A DNA stretch of 64,000 nucleotides from Camelus ferus (taxonomy: Eukaryota): assembly GCF_009834535.1 (NCBI RefSeq), contig NC_045697.1:2916001-2980000 (forward strand), given 5' to 3'. This document shows positions 1 through 27,756 of this stretch, piece by piece. The notes below the pieces were generated by a model, which was given only the letters and a program-made list of their open reading frames with translations, was not told the origin of the DNA and made no database searches. Numbering within the stretch: the stretch's first letter is position 1; the number at the start of each line of letters is the position of its first letter. The position numbers were made by a program, and so were the translations under genes.

Positions 1-789
1 GCGCCTGCTCCCGGCGGAGGCCAGTGGGCTCCCGACGTGTGCCCCAGTGCTGTCCTGGTCACCCTGCCTCCCACAGCTGGAAGAGCCTTTGCTGCCAGGG
101 ACCTGGGCAGGCGGGAGAGCCTCCCCTGAAGGCAAGTCTGCAGCTTCTTGGAGGGAGGGCCCCGGGGGACTGGCTTCCAAGCCTCCTCGCCCGCCCGCGT
201 CCCACAGTGACCCATCTGTGTTTGTGCTTGGACAGTTCCCATTCCCCGGGAAGCTCAAAGGGTCCCCGGGCACTTGTGTCCCCAGGCCTCCCAATGCAGC
301 CCCTCTGTTGTGGGGGAGATGGAGGTGTAGAGGGAGAGAGAGGGGGTCTCCCTGAACCAGCCCCCCAGGGGAAGGAGCAGACCCTCGCGGGACTTCCCCA
401 ACATCAGTCTCCAAATCAGCGCCCCCTACACCCCTGCACCCATCCAAGCAGCTCATGGGGCAAATTTCAGCTGCTCTAAGTTGCATGAAAGGAACCCTGA
501 GCCGGGCATGAGCTCGGGCAATGGAGGGAGTGCCCCACCTTTGCTGGGGACAGGGCCGGGGGCTGGCATGTTTGCTGGGGACCCACTGCAGCAGTGGAGG
601 GATGGTTCACCTCCACCTCATCCAACCTCCACTCCCGGGCTGGACTCCCTGCCCACCAGCCCTCCCCCCAGGAGGATGGAGGTCTGCAGCCAGTGCCCAC
701 TCAAGCCTAGCTCTGCCATCTCTGCCCCCTGTCACCCCGAGACCACCCCCGTGACCAGAGGGACCCCGGGCCGTGTGGGAAGAACCTAC

Positions 790-16776
<15,987 letters not shown>

Positions 16777-19700
16777 GACTGGTGGTGGCCTCAATGCCAA
16801 GGACTCTGCATGCCAGGCTGGCCTCTGTGGAGAAAGCAGAGGGCGGTGGTCAGCAGTGACTTGCCTGGTGGACCCATGGGCATCCTTCCAGGCCTTTACT
16901 TTCTCTCCAGACTGCACGAGCCCACCAGGAACAGGCTCTGGGAGACACGTGCCAATGTTTGCTTCCATCTAGGTGTCCTTACGGGCAGGTGGGGTGCCTG
17001 TTCTTGCTCAGCAATGGACCCCAAGGAAACAGCTCAGAGCCTGGCGCGTGGAGGCTTCGGCGCGCCATAAAGACTGTGTTGGGAACACCCCTGGGGCCAT
17101 GGTTTAGGGATAAGCCCACCTCACGTCCCCCCCAGCGAGAACTCAGGAATGACGTCCCCAGAGGCAACACATCTCCCGAGAGAAGGCTGTCCAGTTCTGT
17201 TCCCCCCAGGGCTCAGCTGCGCTGTGCTTTTAGCCTCGGGTTCCCAGGAGGTCCTTCTGCTCCTCATAAACAACCCCAGTGGCCAGAGGGGCGCAGGGGG
17301 CTCTGTGTCTCTCACTGGAAGAGGCCTGCTCTCCAGCTGAGTCCCCGGAAGGAGCGTCGTCCAGTTTCACAGGAAATGGGCCGGGTCCCAGGCTACCCCG
17401 GGCAGCCAGGAAGCAGGTGGCAGAGGGCAGGAAAAAAGGAAGTGGCCGAAGCGGAACCAGCCCCTGCTCCCCACAGCCTGGGGGGCCCCCCGGGTCTCCC
17501 CCCAAGAGCTGAGCATTACGCATCACTCTTTCCTGGGGTCAGGGATGAGTGAGGGCCCTTACTGACCGGCCAGACGATGCTCCCAGGGTCAGGGGCTTTG
17601 TCACCAATTGAAGGACACAGGAGGACACAGAGCACCCTTTGGGGCCTGGAACACAGGCAAGTGTGACAGGGAGGGCAGGCCATGCAGCCTGGGTTGGGGC
17701 TGAGGAGCACAGAGGCCCACCCCCAGCCACAGCCACAGGGAAAGGGACCAACCGCGCCCCAGCTCAGCTTCCGCTTCGTGGACAGAGGGGACAAGGAACG
17801 GACCTGCTCACTCACACAGAGGGTGAGGGTTAGGGTCTCACTGTTCTCTGATGATTGTCGGTGAGATTTTAGCCCCAAACCCAGGCTGGGCCAGCAGGAA
17901 TCCCCTCTGCACAGGGTAGGACACATGGGGCGACAGGAGAGCCCACCCCCGAACTCCCTTTCTGGGGACAAAACTGCAAACCGATAGGCAGGTCTGACCT
18001 CCTCCAGACTCGCTCGCTCTCGGGGCGGGTTCTGGGGGGGCAGGCACCCAGGGGCAGACCCAGGGAACTCCAGGCCAGCAGCGCAGGGCTCAGAGCCCAG
18101 ATGTACCCACCCGCCCTGGACCACCCAAGAGCCCCCGGGCCAGTCTCCCAGCTCTACCCAGGTCCCTGCAGCAGAGAGATGGGCAGGAGACAGGAGGTGG
18201 GTGGGAGCAGCTGTCTAGCTGTCAAGACACCACGGGACTGAGGTCTGGGGCACAGGACAGGCTCACGGGCTGTTCCAGAAGAGGCGGGAGGCCCCACGGC
18301 ACTGAGGGCAGGCCCCGTGAAGGCAGAGAGAAGCCCCTGGAGCACGTTCAACCCAGGGAAGGGGCTCCATTCTATCCCTCGAGAGGCTGGTCCCAGCACT
18401 TGTGCAGGAAGAGAAGAGGAGGAGAGGCGGGAGGTGGGACGTGCCATGGGCCCTTGGGTTTATTTCCCTGCCTTGAGTTTTCACCGCGATAAGGGAAGCT
18501 GGACCCTCATTAGACCCAGGAAGTAATATTTTCAGAACGACTTACGGAGCCCAGTTCCCTCCAGCTCCTGCCCCTGCCCTCTCTCCAGGCTTCCGCCCAA
18601 GAGCTGGCCCAGCTTGAGGACCAGACACGGATCCAGGACAGCGGTGAGTCTCCACGGGCCCCCAGTGGGCCTCAGACACGAGTATTTGTCACCGCCTGCA
18701 TGTACCAGCTGCCTCGGCCAGGTTCACTGCAGCCAACAGGGAAAGCACGTCACCCCACCTTACAGATGGGGAAGCCGGGACCCTGGGAGGTGGACAACTG
18801 ACTCCCCCAGCACTCACACTCCTGCACACGTATACACACTCACACCCCTCCCCCACACCCACATCTCCGTGCCCAGGGTCTCTAGCTTTAAAAAGGAAAC
18901 AAACACAGAAGCTCACACCAAAACCACCAGCTCCTACTGGCCATCCTGCTGCCTCTGGGTGTCTCCTAGCTGCCCACTTGGTTCTTGGCTGGGGAGACGG
19001 GCCACAGCCACGCTGCTCCCTGGAGACACCAGCAATCCCTCGGAGACGCTCTGTGTGGGGCGAGGAGTGTCTCACCCGGGTGGGGGCGCCGGGGCGGGCA
19101 GGGGGAGATGTGCAGCCCAGACCCACTCCCCGCTGGGTCCTGCTGACCCCCAGAACTGCCTTTGACCCTGAGCTCATCCCGGACCCAGGCACCTCCATCG
19201 TCACCTCTGCCTGCAGGATCGGGAGGTCAGACCCCAACAAACCCTCGCTGACCCCTACTCTGTGGCCAGCTCTGTGCGGGCGGTGGGCACAGAGGAGGAG
19301 GACTGCTGTGACTGGGGATGTGGACATGAACAATTTAGTGAGGGTTCCACGTGGCGAGCTCCGGGAAGGGAAGAGAGTGTCTCCTAACCCCAGCGGTGGA
19401 GGGAAGGGAGCCCGACAGTCGGGAAGGCCCCCTGGGGAAGGCAGGAACCGTGAATGAGGGGGAACATGTAGGGGGAAAGGGAGGGGAGGAGGGGCGGCCA
19501 TCCAGTGAGACCGCAGCAGGTCCAGGCAGAGCCGGGAGACAGCCAGAGGCCTGCCGACCATCCCAAGGGGTCAGTGCTGACCAGGAGAAATGTGGGAGCC
19601 TCAGGAAGGCCACACAGCTGTGCAGCCGCGGAGGCCAGACCCCCCGGCTCTGAATGCCAGGGGAGGAGGCCCACCCCCCCAACCTGCTCTCCTCGCGAGT

Positions 19701-21734
19701 CCCTGGACAGGACATCTAGGGACTGGTGGCTCGGTGCCGGTGCCCACCCTCTTTCTCAGCCCCTAGGGATCCCAGGCTGGGGCACTTCTGGGAGCCACTG
19801 CCCCACATCCAGTGCGCCCAGCCCAGCTGCCCAGTGTCCTTTTGTCCCCAAGGCCTCTGTGCACTGGACTCCGGAGGGCACCCCTCTGATGTCAGGCGAG
19901 TGGTAGCCACTCCGACGGCAGCTCAGGGAGCTGCCTCACCTCCCGGGGTCCTTGGGACGACATTGAGGGGGAGCCTAAGCCCACAGGGCTGTCGCCAGGC
20001 CCACTTCCTCACCGACCCTCCCTTGCAGATGCGAGAGAGGGCCCAGGGATGGGGACGGCCTGCTTTAGTTCATCACAGCTTTCTCTGGCCTGCTTTCTCT
20101 TGAACTAGCATAACTTCTAAAATGGATTTAACACAGAAGCAGGAATGGCCATGTTTCTGGCCAGAAATACTCCGGTTTCCCTGTGTATGGCTCAGTCCCA
20201 AACAGCCCTGTGCCTCAGAGAAAAGGGAGGAGGTGGGCTGTCTTCTCCTCCAGGGGGACCCACACGGCCCGTGCAGCCAGCGGCTGGCGAGGCCATAGCA
20301 GCAGCACAAAGCCACCACCCCCGACCCCCGCCCACTGCTCCAGCTGTGACCTGGTCCCCTCCCCCAACCACCTCTGAAGGCCAGAGCTGGGGGTGGGCAC
20401 CGGACCCCAAGGGAAACCCCGGGGACCCTGGCACCCTTCCAGGCAGGGAGGAGGGAGCGGGCTGGAGGCTGCTCGCGTTTCCAGAGGAAGCAGCTGCCCG
20501 GGCCGGCGGGTTTCAGGAATTCTGCACGCGGCCCCTGTTAAATGGCCTGACGTCGTGTCAACCCCTGGTGCCTCGTACGCCCTGTCTCCTGGTCCCAGGT
20601 GCCGTCCCCACCCCTGTCTCGCATGAAGACCTCCAGGCACCCTTCAGAATGCAGCTCTGTCTGTCTGGCTTCCCTCCCCGGCTCCCAGCCAAGCCGGCGT
20701 CCGCGTCCTTCCCCTCCGCACTCTGGAAGCAGCGATCCCCGCACGTGTGGTGGAACACATGCCGGCCTGGACTCAGGGGGCCGCCAGGACCAGGACGCCT
20801 GTGGCTTCCTGGCAGCTCTGCTCTTTCGAAGCATCTCAGTGGAACACTGGGATCTGTCATCCTGTTCGGGTTCTGCTTGTGGGTCTCTAGCCCCTCCCCG
20901 GGCCCCCCTCCCTGCTCTGTAGCCAGGCATCTCTGCACGACGGGGCCACATTCAGGGTGTCTGCCTCTCTCCTCCCCCACCTCCCCACCCCCAGCCTCCC
21001 CCAAGTCAGGACCTACCCATTGGCGCCTCGCCTGCATCTGGGGCCCACGGGCCTGCCCCTAGTGGCTCAGGGACAGTTTCCTGAGAAAAGGGGAGGCCTC
21101 AGGGCTCAGGGGATTTCCCACCTGCTCAGTGAGGGCCCTGCCCACCAGGCGGGGCTGCTGGTGACAGCGTGGGTTTCCTAGTCACAGCCGGCATGAGGAA
21201 GTGGTCTCTCTCCCCGGGAGGGTCCCTCCCCAAGGTTCCTAAAATGGCCTTGCTCAGCTGAGCAGGCACCAGCTCCCAGCTGCAGGACGGGCCGCCCGGA
21301 CCACAGCCGGCAAGGGTCCAGGCCTCCCGTAGGCAGCCCTGCGGAGGCTCGGGGACTCTCCTTCCCTCCTTCACTCTGGTGGGTCAGAAACAGGCTTCAG
21401 GCCCCAGCTAGCACCCAGCCCTCGGGGACGGGAGTTTGGCTCGAGAATGCTGAGACCTGGGCTCAGTGGGCCAGGAGGCCGCCCTGACCCCCGGAGGATA
21501 AGAATGAAATAAATCAGCAGCTACAAGGAGGTCAGTGGATCAAAGGGTGCGGCCCTGGGTTACAGCTGGCGTGTGATAAGTGTGGGCGGAAGAAGGGAGG
21601 AGATGGTTTGGGGAGGCCTGGCCGGAGCTCTCTCTGGACCCAAACGGGTCTCTCTCGAGGACCCAAGCAGACTCGCCCACCTCACCAGGAGGCACCTCTT
21701 GTGGGCTGTCTGGTCACCGCCTGGCCTGGGGTGA

Positions 21735-22095
21735 GCAGTGTCCCTCAGATTCACGTCCGCCCGTAACCTCAGAACGTGTTCTTACCTGGAAATGGGGTCT
21801 TTGCAGGTGAGGCTAAGAGGAGGTCACCTTGGACTGGGTCCTTATAAGAAGAGGAGGGACACAAGAGACACTGAGAGATGCCGTGTGAGGACAGAGGCCC
21901 AGACTAGGGGGATGCGCCCACAGCCCACAAGCCGCCAGGAGCTGAAGAGACAGGAAGGACCCTCCCCGCGGCCCCCGGGGGCTGCTCCCTGATCACACCT
22001 GGGCTTCAGACTTCTGGCCTCCGGAACTGGAAGGGAACACACTTCTGTTGTTTGAAGCCCCCGGCTGGCAGCACTTTGCCGCAGCAGCCCCAGCT
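21735..22095 (+). mobile_element. MaLR LTR (MLT1B-like)
   Basis: cctcagaacgtg, ggaaatggggtctttgcag, gtccttataagaagagg, cagacttctggcctccggaact, ttctgttgtttgaagcc. Confidence 0.85.
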
Positions 22096-23118
22096 CGGGG
22101 GTCGCCCCTTGTCCGCCGTGCCCTGATTGTCCCTGCTGTGAGGCAGATGTTTGGGGAGGGGGTTAAGTGACCTCAGGCTCATCAAATGCTGGCACAGCAC
22201 CCAACTCAGGAAGCACGGTCACTACCAGGAGCCACCACCCGCGGAGCTAAGTGTCCTCGCTTAGTCTACTCCATGGCCCGAGGAGAATGACGGTGCCCAC
22301 TTCACAGACGGGCCATCGAGGTGCAATGAGCACTGAGCTGACTCGGCCAGGCCAGGGGGACACTCATGGGATGTGAACCCAGCGGGTCCAAGCCCAGCCC
22401 TCGACACCCACCCTTAATCTGGGCACACCCCGCCTCAGGCCCCCACTCTGAGCCCAGCCCCAGCCTCCCTGCCCCCTTACTCTCCTCGGTGGGGGGCACA
22501 CCCCAAGTTGCCGGCATCACTAACTCCCCACAGTGTCACTTTGCCTTCTGTTGTCTTTATGAAACCCTCACAGATGGGCCTGGGGCTCCCGGGCGGGTCC
22601 CTCAAGGCTAGGGGAGGGTCTCAGGGCTCTGCTGGGACCACGTGCTCAAGGCAGTACCTGGCACTAAAAGACTTGGGTCTGGGTCTCCCCTAGAACTTTC
22701 TGTTTGGGGTCACTCGTCAAGTCACTTGTCCCATTTGTTGATGGAGAAGAGGGGCGGTGACCTCAGAGTGGCTGGGTCACAGCTGCAGCGCCACCCTGAG
22801 TGGGCACTTTGAGTGTCTGCCTGAGGTGACGCCAACCCAGGGTGGGGGCCCACCTGAGGCCCCTAGACCCAGAACCCTGCTTACCGGTGACATTCCCACG
22901 TCCTGTCCAGACCCTCGGGACACACTGGCTGGGTTCCCATGTGAAGGGGGAGTCAAATGAAATCATGGGAGCAAGTTGCTCTATCAAACCTGACATCGTC
23001 ACTAAAGCGGTCACTGCTGGCCACACAGCCCGGCTCCCAGAGTCCCGGCCAGTCTGCTACCCTGTGCCCACTGCCATCAGGGCCTCCCCAGATGGCTGTT
23101 CTGCTCCCTCCCAATCCC

Positions 23119-23161
23119 AAAAGGTCAGAAAAGTCTTCAAAAAGGTCAGAAAAGTCTTCAA
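23119..23161. repeat. Perfect 21-bp tandem duplication (AAAGGTCAGAAAAGTCTTCAA)x2
   Basis: Copies at 23120-23140 and 23141-23161. Confidence 0.95.
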
Positions 23162-23249
23162 GAAAGTGAAAGGCAAGAGCTGACTCAGATTCAAGACCCA
23201 GCTCTGCAGATGACCCCTGCTCAGCCAGTCCTCACCCCCTCGACCCCCA

Positions 23250-23810
23250 TCCAGCACCCCGTACCTGCGCCCACTCCTCAGAGGTGACCACAGTCACCAG
23301 GTGGCCGCTCCCGGCTCCTCGCAGGCTGGCTCCGCAGGCCGGCCCCGCAGGCCGTCTCCCCCAGCCATGGCACCCACGGCCCAGCTGACTGCACAGCAGC
23401 CGCCACCGCCCCCGGCTTCCTGCCCGACTTCCTCCCTGCGCCCGGGCCGCTGGCGAGGGGCAGGCCCCGCGCGGCAGTACCGCCTCCAAGGGCCGGTTGA
23501 TCATTAGCTCCGTCCTGGACCGGCTCCAGGCCTCGTCCCGCCTGCCCGCTGCCGGGCACCCAGGCTCGGAGGCGGAGGCCAGGGGCCACCCAGGCTTTCG
23601 CCTGAGCCGCCGATACTGGGGAAGTCCACCAGCTGCCCTGCCAGCCTCAGCTGTCCCTCTTCCATGTGCTGCGCGCGCACACACCCGCACCCACACCCGC
23701 ACACATGCACGTGCGTGCACAGGAGGACACGCGCGTGCACTCACATGCACAGGCATAGATAGGGCTGCTTCCCTCTGCCCGGGGCTGCCCCGGCCCGCTG
23801 GCCCGATCAC
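23250..23810 (-). promoter_or_regulatory. CpG-rich probable promoter of SH3TC1
   Basis: Visible local CpG enrichment around the putative exon 1; no TATA box seen. Confidence 0.6.
23265..23400 (-). other. SH3TC1: Probable non-coding exon 1 of SH3TC1 (5' end approximate)
   Basis: CpG-dense patch ending in donor GCGCAG|GTACGG at 23265/23264, 6.4 kb upstream of exon 2, which has its own acceptor and so needs an upstream exon. A second donor GGG|GTGAGG lies at 23236/23235. Confidence 0.65.
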
Positions 23811-24079
23811 TCCAACATGCACAGTAGAAGAAGGCATCTTCCCACAGGCTCGCCTTCCCTCTTTGCCTTCCTGCTGGCTCCAGGCCCAACCTGCGTTTGA
23901 GAGCAGGGAATCTCAGCCCTGCTTGGGGAGCAGGGAGTTGGTCTCCAGTCTCTGGGACAAGAAGCAGGAACTGACCTGGGGTCGGCCTCTGGCCCCAGCC
24001 CCCACCTGCTCTCAGGCCCTCCCAGAGGCCGGGGAGGTCGCTGGCCTCAGCCCAGACCCTGGAAACAAGAGCAGGAGTC

Positions 24080-24202
24080 GGAGGGAGGGTGTAGCTCAAG
24101 TGGTAGAGCACATGCTTAGCATGCATGGAGTCCCGGGTTCAATCCCCGCTGCCACCTCTAAAAATAAATAAATAGACCTAATTACCTCCCCCCACACACA
24201 AA
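24080..24202 (+). mobile_element. tRNA-Ala-derived SINE, camelid Vic-1-like
   Basis: Head GGGTGTAGCTCAAGTGGTAGAGC...GGTTCAATCCCC, then AAATAAATAAATAGACCTAATTACCTCCCC and an A tail; probable TSD AAGAGCAGGAGTC (24067-24079) / AAAAGCAGGACTC (24203-24215). Confidence 0.85.
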
Positions 24203-24429
24203 AAAAGCAGGACTCAACCTTCTCCGTCTGTCTCATTCTTGGATAGGCTGGGCTTTCCCATATGCCCCGGCTCAATGACCAGGAACAATGAAGCGGTAAT
24301 GTGCCCGTTTTATACACAGGGAAACTGAGGGCCAGGAGGTCATGTGACAGGCCCAGCGCCAGTGGAAACTAGAAGACAGCCCAGAGCCAGGCCTGACAGA
24401 CGCTGACGGCCCCGGGCCACGGTAACTGC

Positions 24430-24608
24430 GGCCCTGCTGACATCTGGGGCATCGCTCTTGGTCATGGGGAGGGGCTGCCTTGCCCACCGCAGGATTTTAG
24501 CAGCATCCCTGGCCTCTGCCATCTAGATGCTGACCCCAGCTGTGACAGCCAGACACATCTCCAGACATTTGTCCCTGGGGACAATGGCACCCAGGCTGAG
24601 AACCACTC
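24430..24608. mobile_element. hAT-Charlie MITE (MER20-like)
   Basis: tttagcagcatccctggcctctgccatctagatgc..tgtgaca..tctccagacatt..tgagaaccact. Confidence 0.8.
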
Positions 24609-25173
24609 TAGGCAAAGGTATTTCTGGATGACACCCTCCCACCCCATCTGTCCTTCCTCTGACCAACTCCTGGCATTATGCCCGGCCACCCCAAAGCCAT
24701 ATATCCCCCTCCCCTCCGCAGCAGGCCGGAGCCCAGGTGTGAGGGAGGAGCCGGGCCTCCTCACACCGGCAAGGTCCCTGCTGAGGACCCGCGCTGGCCA
24801 CGGAGACCAGGAGCCGGCGAGCCACTCACCTCGCTGGCAGAGCCAGGCCCAGCACTCAGGCTCCCTGCACCCCGAGCCCAGCTGGACCTCACCCTGCACA
24901 CCACCCATGTGCTCGGTGACCACAAAGCAGGAAACAGAGGCTCCAGGTGGCTATTTTCACAGCCCCCATGACCGCAGGCCGAGTATCAGGGAGGAATTTC
25001 ACGCCACCCTGTGGGCCCCCAGGGACCAGGAGGCCCCAGAGCAGGGGAGTAGCTGCTCCCACCAGCAGTCCTTTCTCTTCCTTCCACTGGGAGGCGTGGT
25101 GTCTCTGAGCCTGGCTGTCCCCTCCGTGGAGTGGGGACAGCAATCTCTCTTGAAGAGCAGCTGTGACGGTCAC

Positions 25174-25590
25174 TGTGCGTGTCCTGGGGCTGCCGTGACA
25201 AAGTACCACAGACCAGGTGACTTCAAACAACAGTGATTTATTCTCACAGCTCTGGAGGCCAGAGTCTAAATCAAGGTGTCAGCAGGGCCGGGCTCCCTCG
25301 GGGGACTCTGGGGGCAGCCCTTCCTGCCTCTTCCAGCTCCTGGTGGCTCCAGGCATCCCTGGGCTCCTGGACACATCACCCCAGTCTCTGCCTGTCAGCA
25401 GCCTCCCCTCTGTGTCCTCTTGTCTCTCTTATAAGGACACTCATCATTGTATTTAGGGCCCGCAGATAACCCAGCAGGACCTCATCTTGAGATCCTCACA
25501 TTAATTACATCAAGACCCTCTTTCTAAGTAAGCGTGTGATCAGAGGTTCCGGTGGACATTCCTGCGGGGGCCGCGCTCCGGGCCAGCACA
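25174..25590 (-). mobile_element. MaLR LTR (MLT1C-like)
   Basis: gggctgccgtgacaaagtaccacagac, atttattctcacagctctggaggccagagtc, tcttataaggacac. Confidence 0.85.
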
Positions 25591-26880
25591 CTAGATGCCC
25601 ACGGGAGGGTGGAGCGGGCTGGGTCTGGGGTTAGTGTGGGGGGCGCCTTCCTGCCGGACCACAGCGCCCTCCTGCCGGGCTCCCCCAGCCTCAGCGAACT
25701 GCAGTCCTTCAAGCCCCAGGGTCCAGGCATCCTGTCCTGAAGGCCTTCCGGTGTCCTGAGCTCCACCTGCCTCTCCACCTCCCCAGCCCCCTCGGCTCCC
25801 TACTCCAGGCTGGCCTCCCTCCAGCCCGGCCCAGCCGGCAGGGGCCTCTGTCCAGCTCCCTGCACCTCCCGCTTCGCAGCCTTGGGCTCAGGTGACGCCC
25901 AGACCCTGGCAAGGGGCCTGCTGCCTTGGCCACAGGACGTCGGGCGCTGGGTTTCCCTCGCCCCAGCCTCCGCGGGGACCCCTCTCCTGGGCAAGCATAC
26001 CTCTCCCTCCACGCCCACGCCCGCCTCCGCCCCCAGCCTTTCAACCCCACTTCTCGTCCTTCTCCACCAGAAGGTGAGGCTCTCAGCCCATTGTCTCCAG
26101 TGCAGGCTGCCCCTCAGGGCAGGAGCCGAGCTGGCGATGGCACCTGGGACACTGACGCCGCCTGGAAGCTCGGCGCTGCTGTGCTGGTCACTGGGCCTCG
26201 GTGTTTGTTTGCCCAGGGAAGCCCAGGGTGGGTTGGGGGCTATTTTGTGGTCTTGCTCTGGGCCATCATGTGGCTTAAACTAGAGGCAGGAATTCTCCCA
26301 CAGGGTGCACGACATAGCTGTACTCAGACATCTGTTTATTCAGCAAACTCCAGTGCCCGGTCCTCTCCTGCAGGCCCTGCACAGCCAAGAGCTGAGGACA
26401 GAGCTCACCAGGCAAGTGGAGAAATTGCTACGTGTCGGAGGGCCAGCACCACCACCTGTCCCCAGGCCTGGCCGCTCAGTGAGCCGGCTGGCCTGTCCCA
26501 GTGCTGCGTGAGGCCCCGGGGGGCTGTGCAGAGGAGCTGCTCTCAGCGCTGAGACCTCTCTGCAACTCACAGTGTGCCCTGGGGCATGTGTCCCCGCTCC
26601 TCTCGGCCTCAGTCTTTCATCTGTGAAGTGGGCACCCCCAGCTCTGCAGCCGGCTCTCTGGATCCCCACCTTGTGCTGAACACGAGCTGTTTGCTTCTTC
26701 TCCCTTTGTTTTTCTGCAAACTGTATTGAAAGAGGCCCCAGACAGGCTCCAGGGCCATACATGGGTCTGGACACATTTCCTCTCCTGGCCATTGTCCCCT
26801 GCCATGGCCCAAGACCCCACATCCTGTTTGTCTCTGCAGCTGCTCTTGGCCCAAGGCCGGGGGTGGTTTCCAAGAGCCTT

Positions 26881-27050
26881 CCCAACTGTGCCCAGCATTC
26901 TTCAACTCTGCACAGAGCTCCAACTCTGCCCAGAGCCCCCCAATTCTGTACATTGTACCCTGGCTCTGCAGGATGTACCTCAACTCTGCACAGAACACCC
27001 CAACTCTGCATTTCCCACCCCAACCTCACAGCCTATACCCCAACTCTGCA
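26881..27050. repeat. Degenerate minisatellite, about 20-bp period, about 9 units, core CAACTCTGCA
   Basis: Core variants start at 26883, 26903, 26921, 26941, 26961, 26981, 27001, 27021 and 27041. Confidence 0.85.
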
Positions 27051-27720
27051 AGTGTCCCTGAATAGCCTTCCAGAAGAAGAACATGAGCCTTTCAAATCAG
27101 GGGCTTTCCAAAGTGGGGTCCCCTCGGAGGCTGCTACACAGGGTAGGCCCAGCCCAGCCTTTGGGTCCCTCGGAGAGAGCCTATCACTCCTTGGGCCTCG
27201 GTTTCTCCCCTTTCAGACAGTAGAGTTGGGCTTGGAGATGTATAAGTGCCCTCCGAGGTCAGCAGCTCTGACCCCTGCAGGGCTGTAACAAGTTCCAGTT
27301 CTCACTTGCCAAGAAGATGCTAGACACAAGGACAGCGGCCCTCCTAGTATATGACCACCATCCCACTGGGCTGGGTAGCAGGGGGACCGGGGGAGGCAGG
27401 ACCTCCCCGGCTCACACAGCCCCCAGGTCCCAGGGCAGCAGCACCGGCCAGGATGCCAGGGCCCCCCAGGCCAAAGCAGACCACTGAATCTCTAAGGGGT
27501 GAGATGTAGCCAGAGGGAGAGCTCCCAGGAACTTCCAGTGGGAAAGGCTGCACCCGTCCCCCGGCAGCTGCTCTGAGGGTCCGAGGTAGGCCCCCTCCCA
27601 CCTTCACTCCTCCTGGACTCGACTCTGCTATTGCGGGCAGAAATTTCTCATGGGCCCCCGGACAGCTCCCACCAGACTCCTGGACCACAGACACTGGCCC
27701 TGGGCTGCAATCCAGAGCTG

Positions 27721-27756
27721 AGGTACAAGGCTGAGAGGTACAAGGCTGAGAGGTAC
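27721..27756. repeat. 15-bp tandem repeat (AGGTACAAGGCTGAG)x2.4
   Basis: Seen directly. Confidence 0.9.

Noticed and set aside
1..780. Search for the large TPR-region exon 12 of SH3TC1
   Set aside because: No matching peptide or long minus-strand ORF; it must lie outside the window.
20145..21062. 305-aa ORF antisense within SH3TC1 intron 1 (also the 290-aa ORF at 18689..19561)
   Set aside because: Pro/Gly/Ala-rich with no recognisable family; expected by chance in GC-rich DNA.
22842..23183. ORF ending in KVRKVFKKVRKVFKK, resembling a cationic amphipathic peptide
   Set aside because: It arises from the 21-bp DNA duplication; non-ATG start and no supporting exon structure.
24084..24158. Possible tRNA-Ala(AGC) gene
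   Set aside because: The acceptor stem does not pair well, and it carries a SINE tail, A-rich end, TSD and a second related copy at 33.9 kb, so it is a SINE.
26881..27050. CRISPR-like repeat-spacer appearance
   Set aside because: Mammalian DNA, only a 20-bp period, degenerate cores and no cas genes; treated as a minisatellite.
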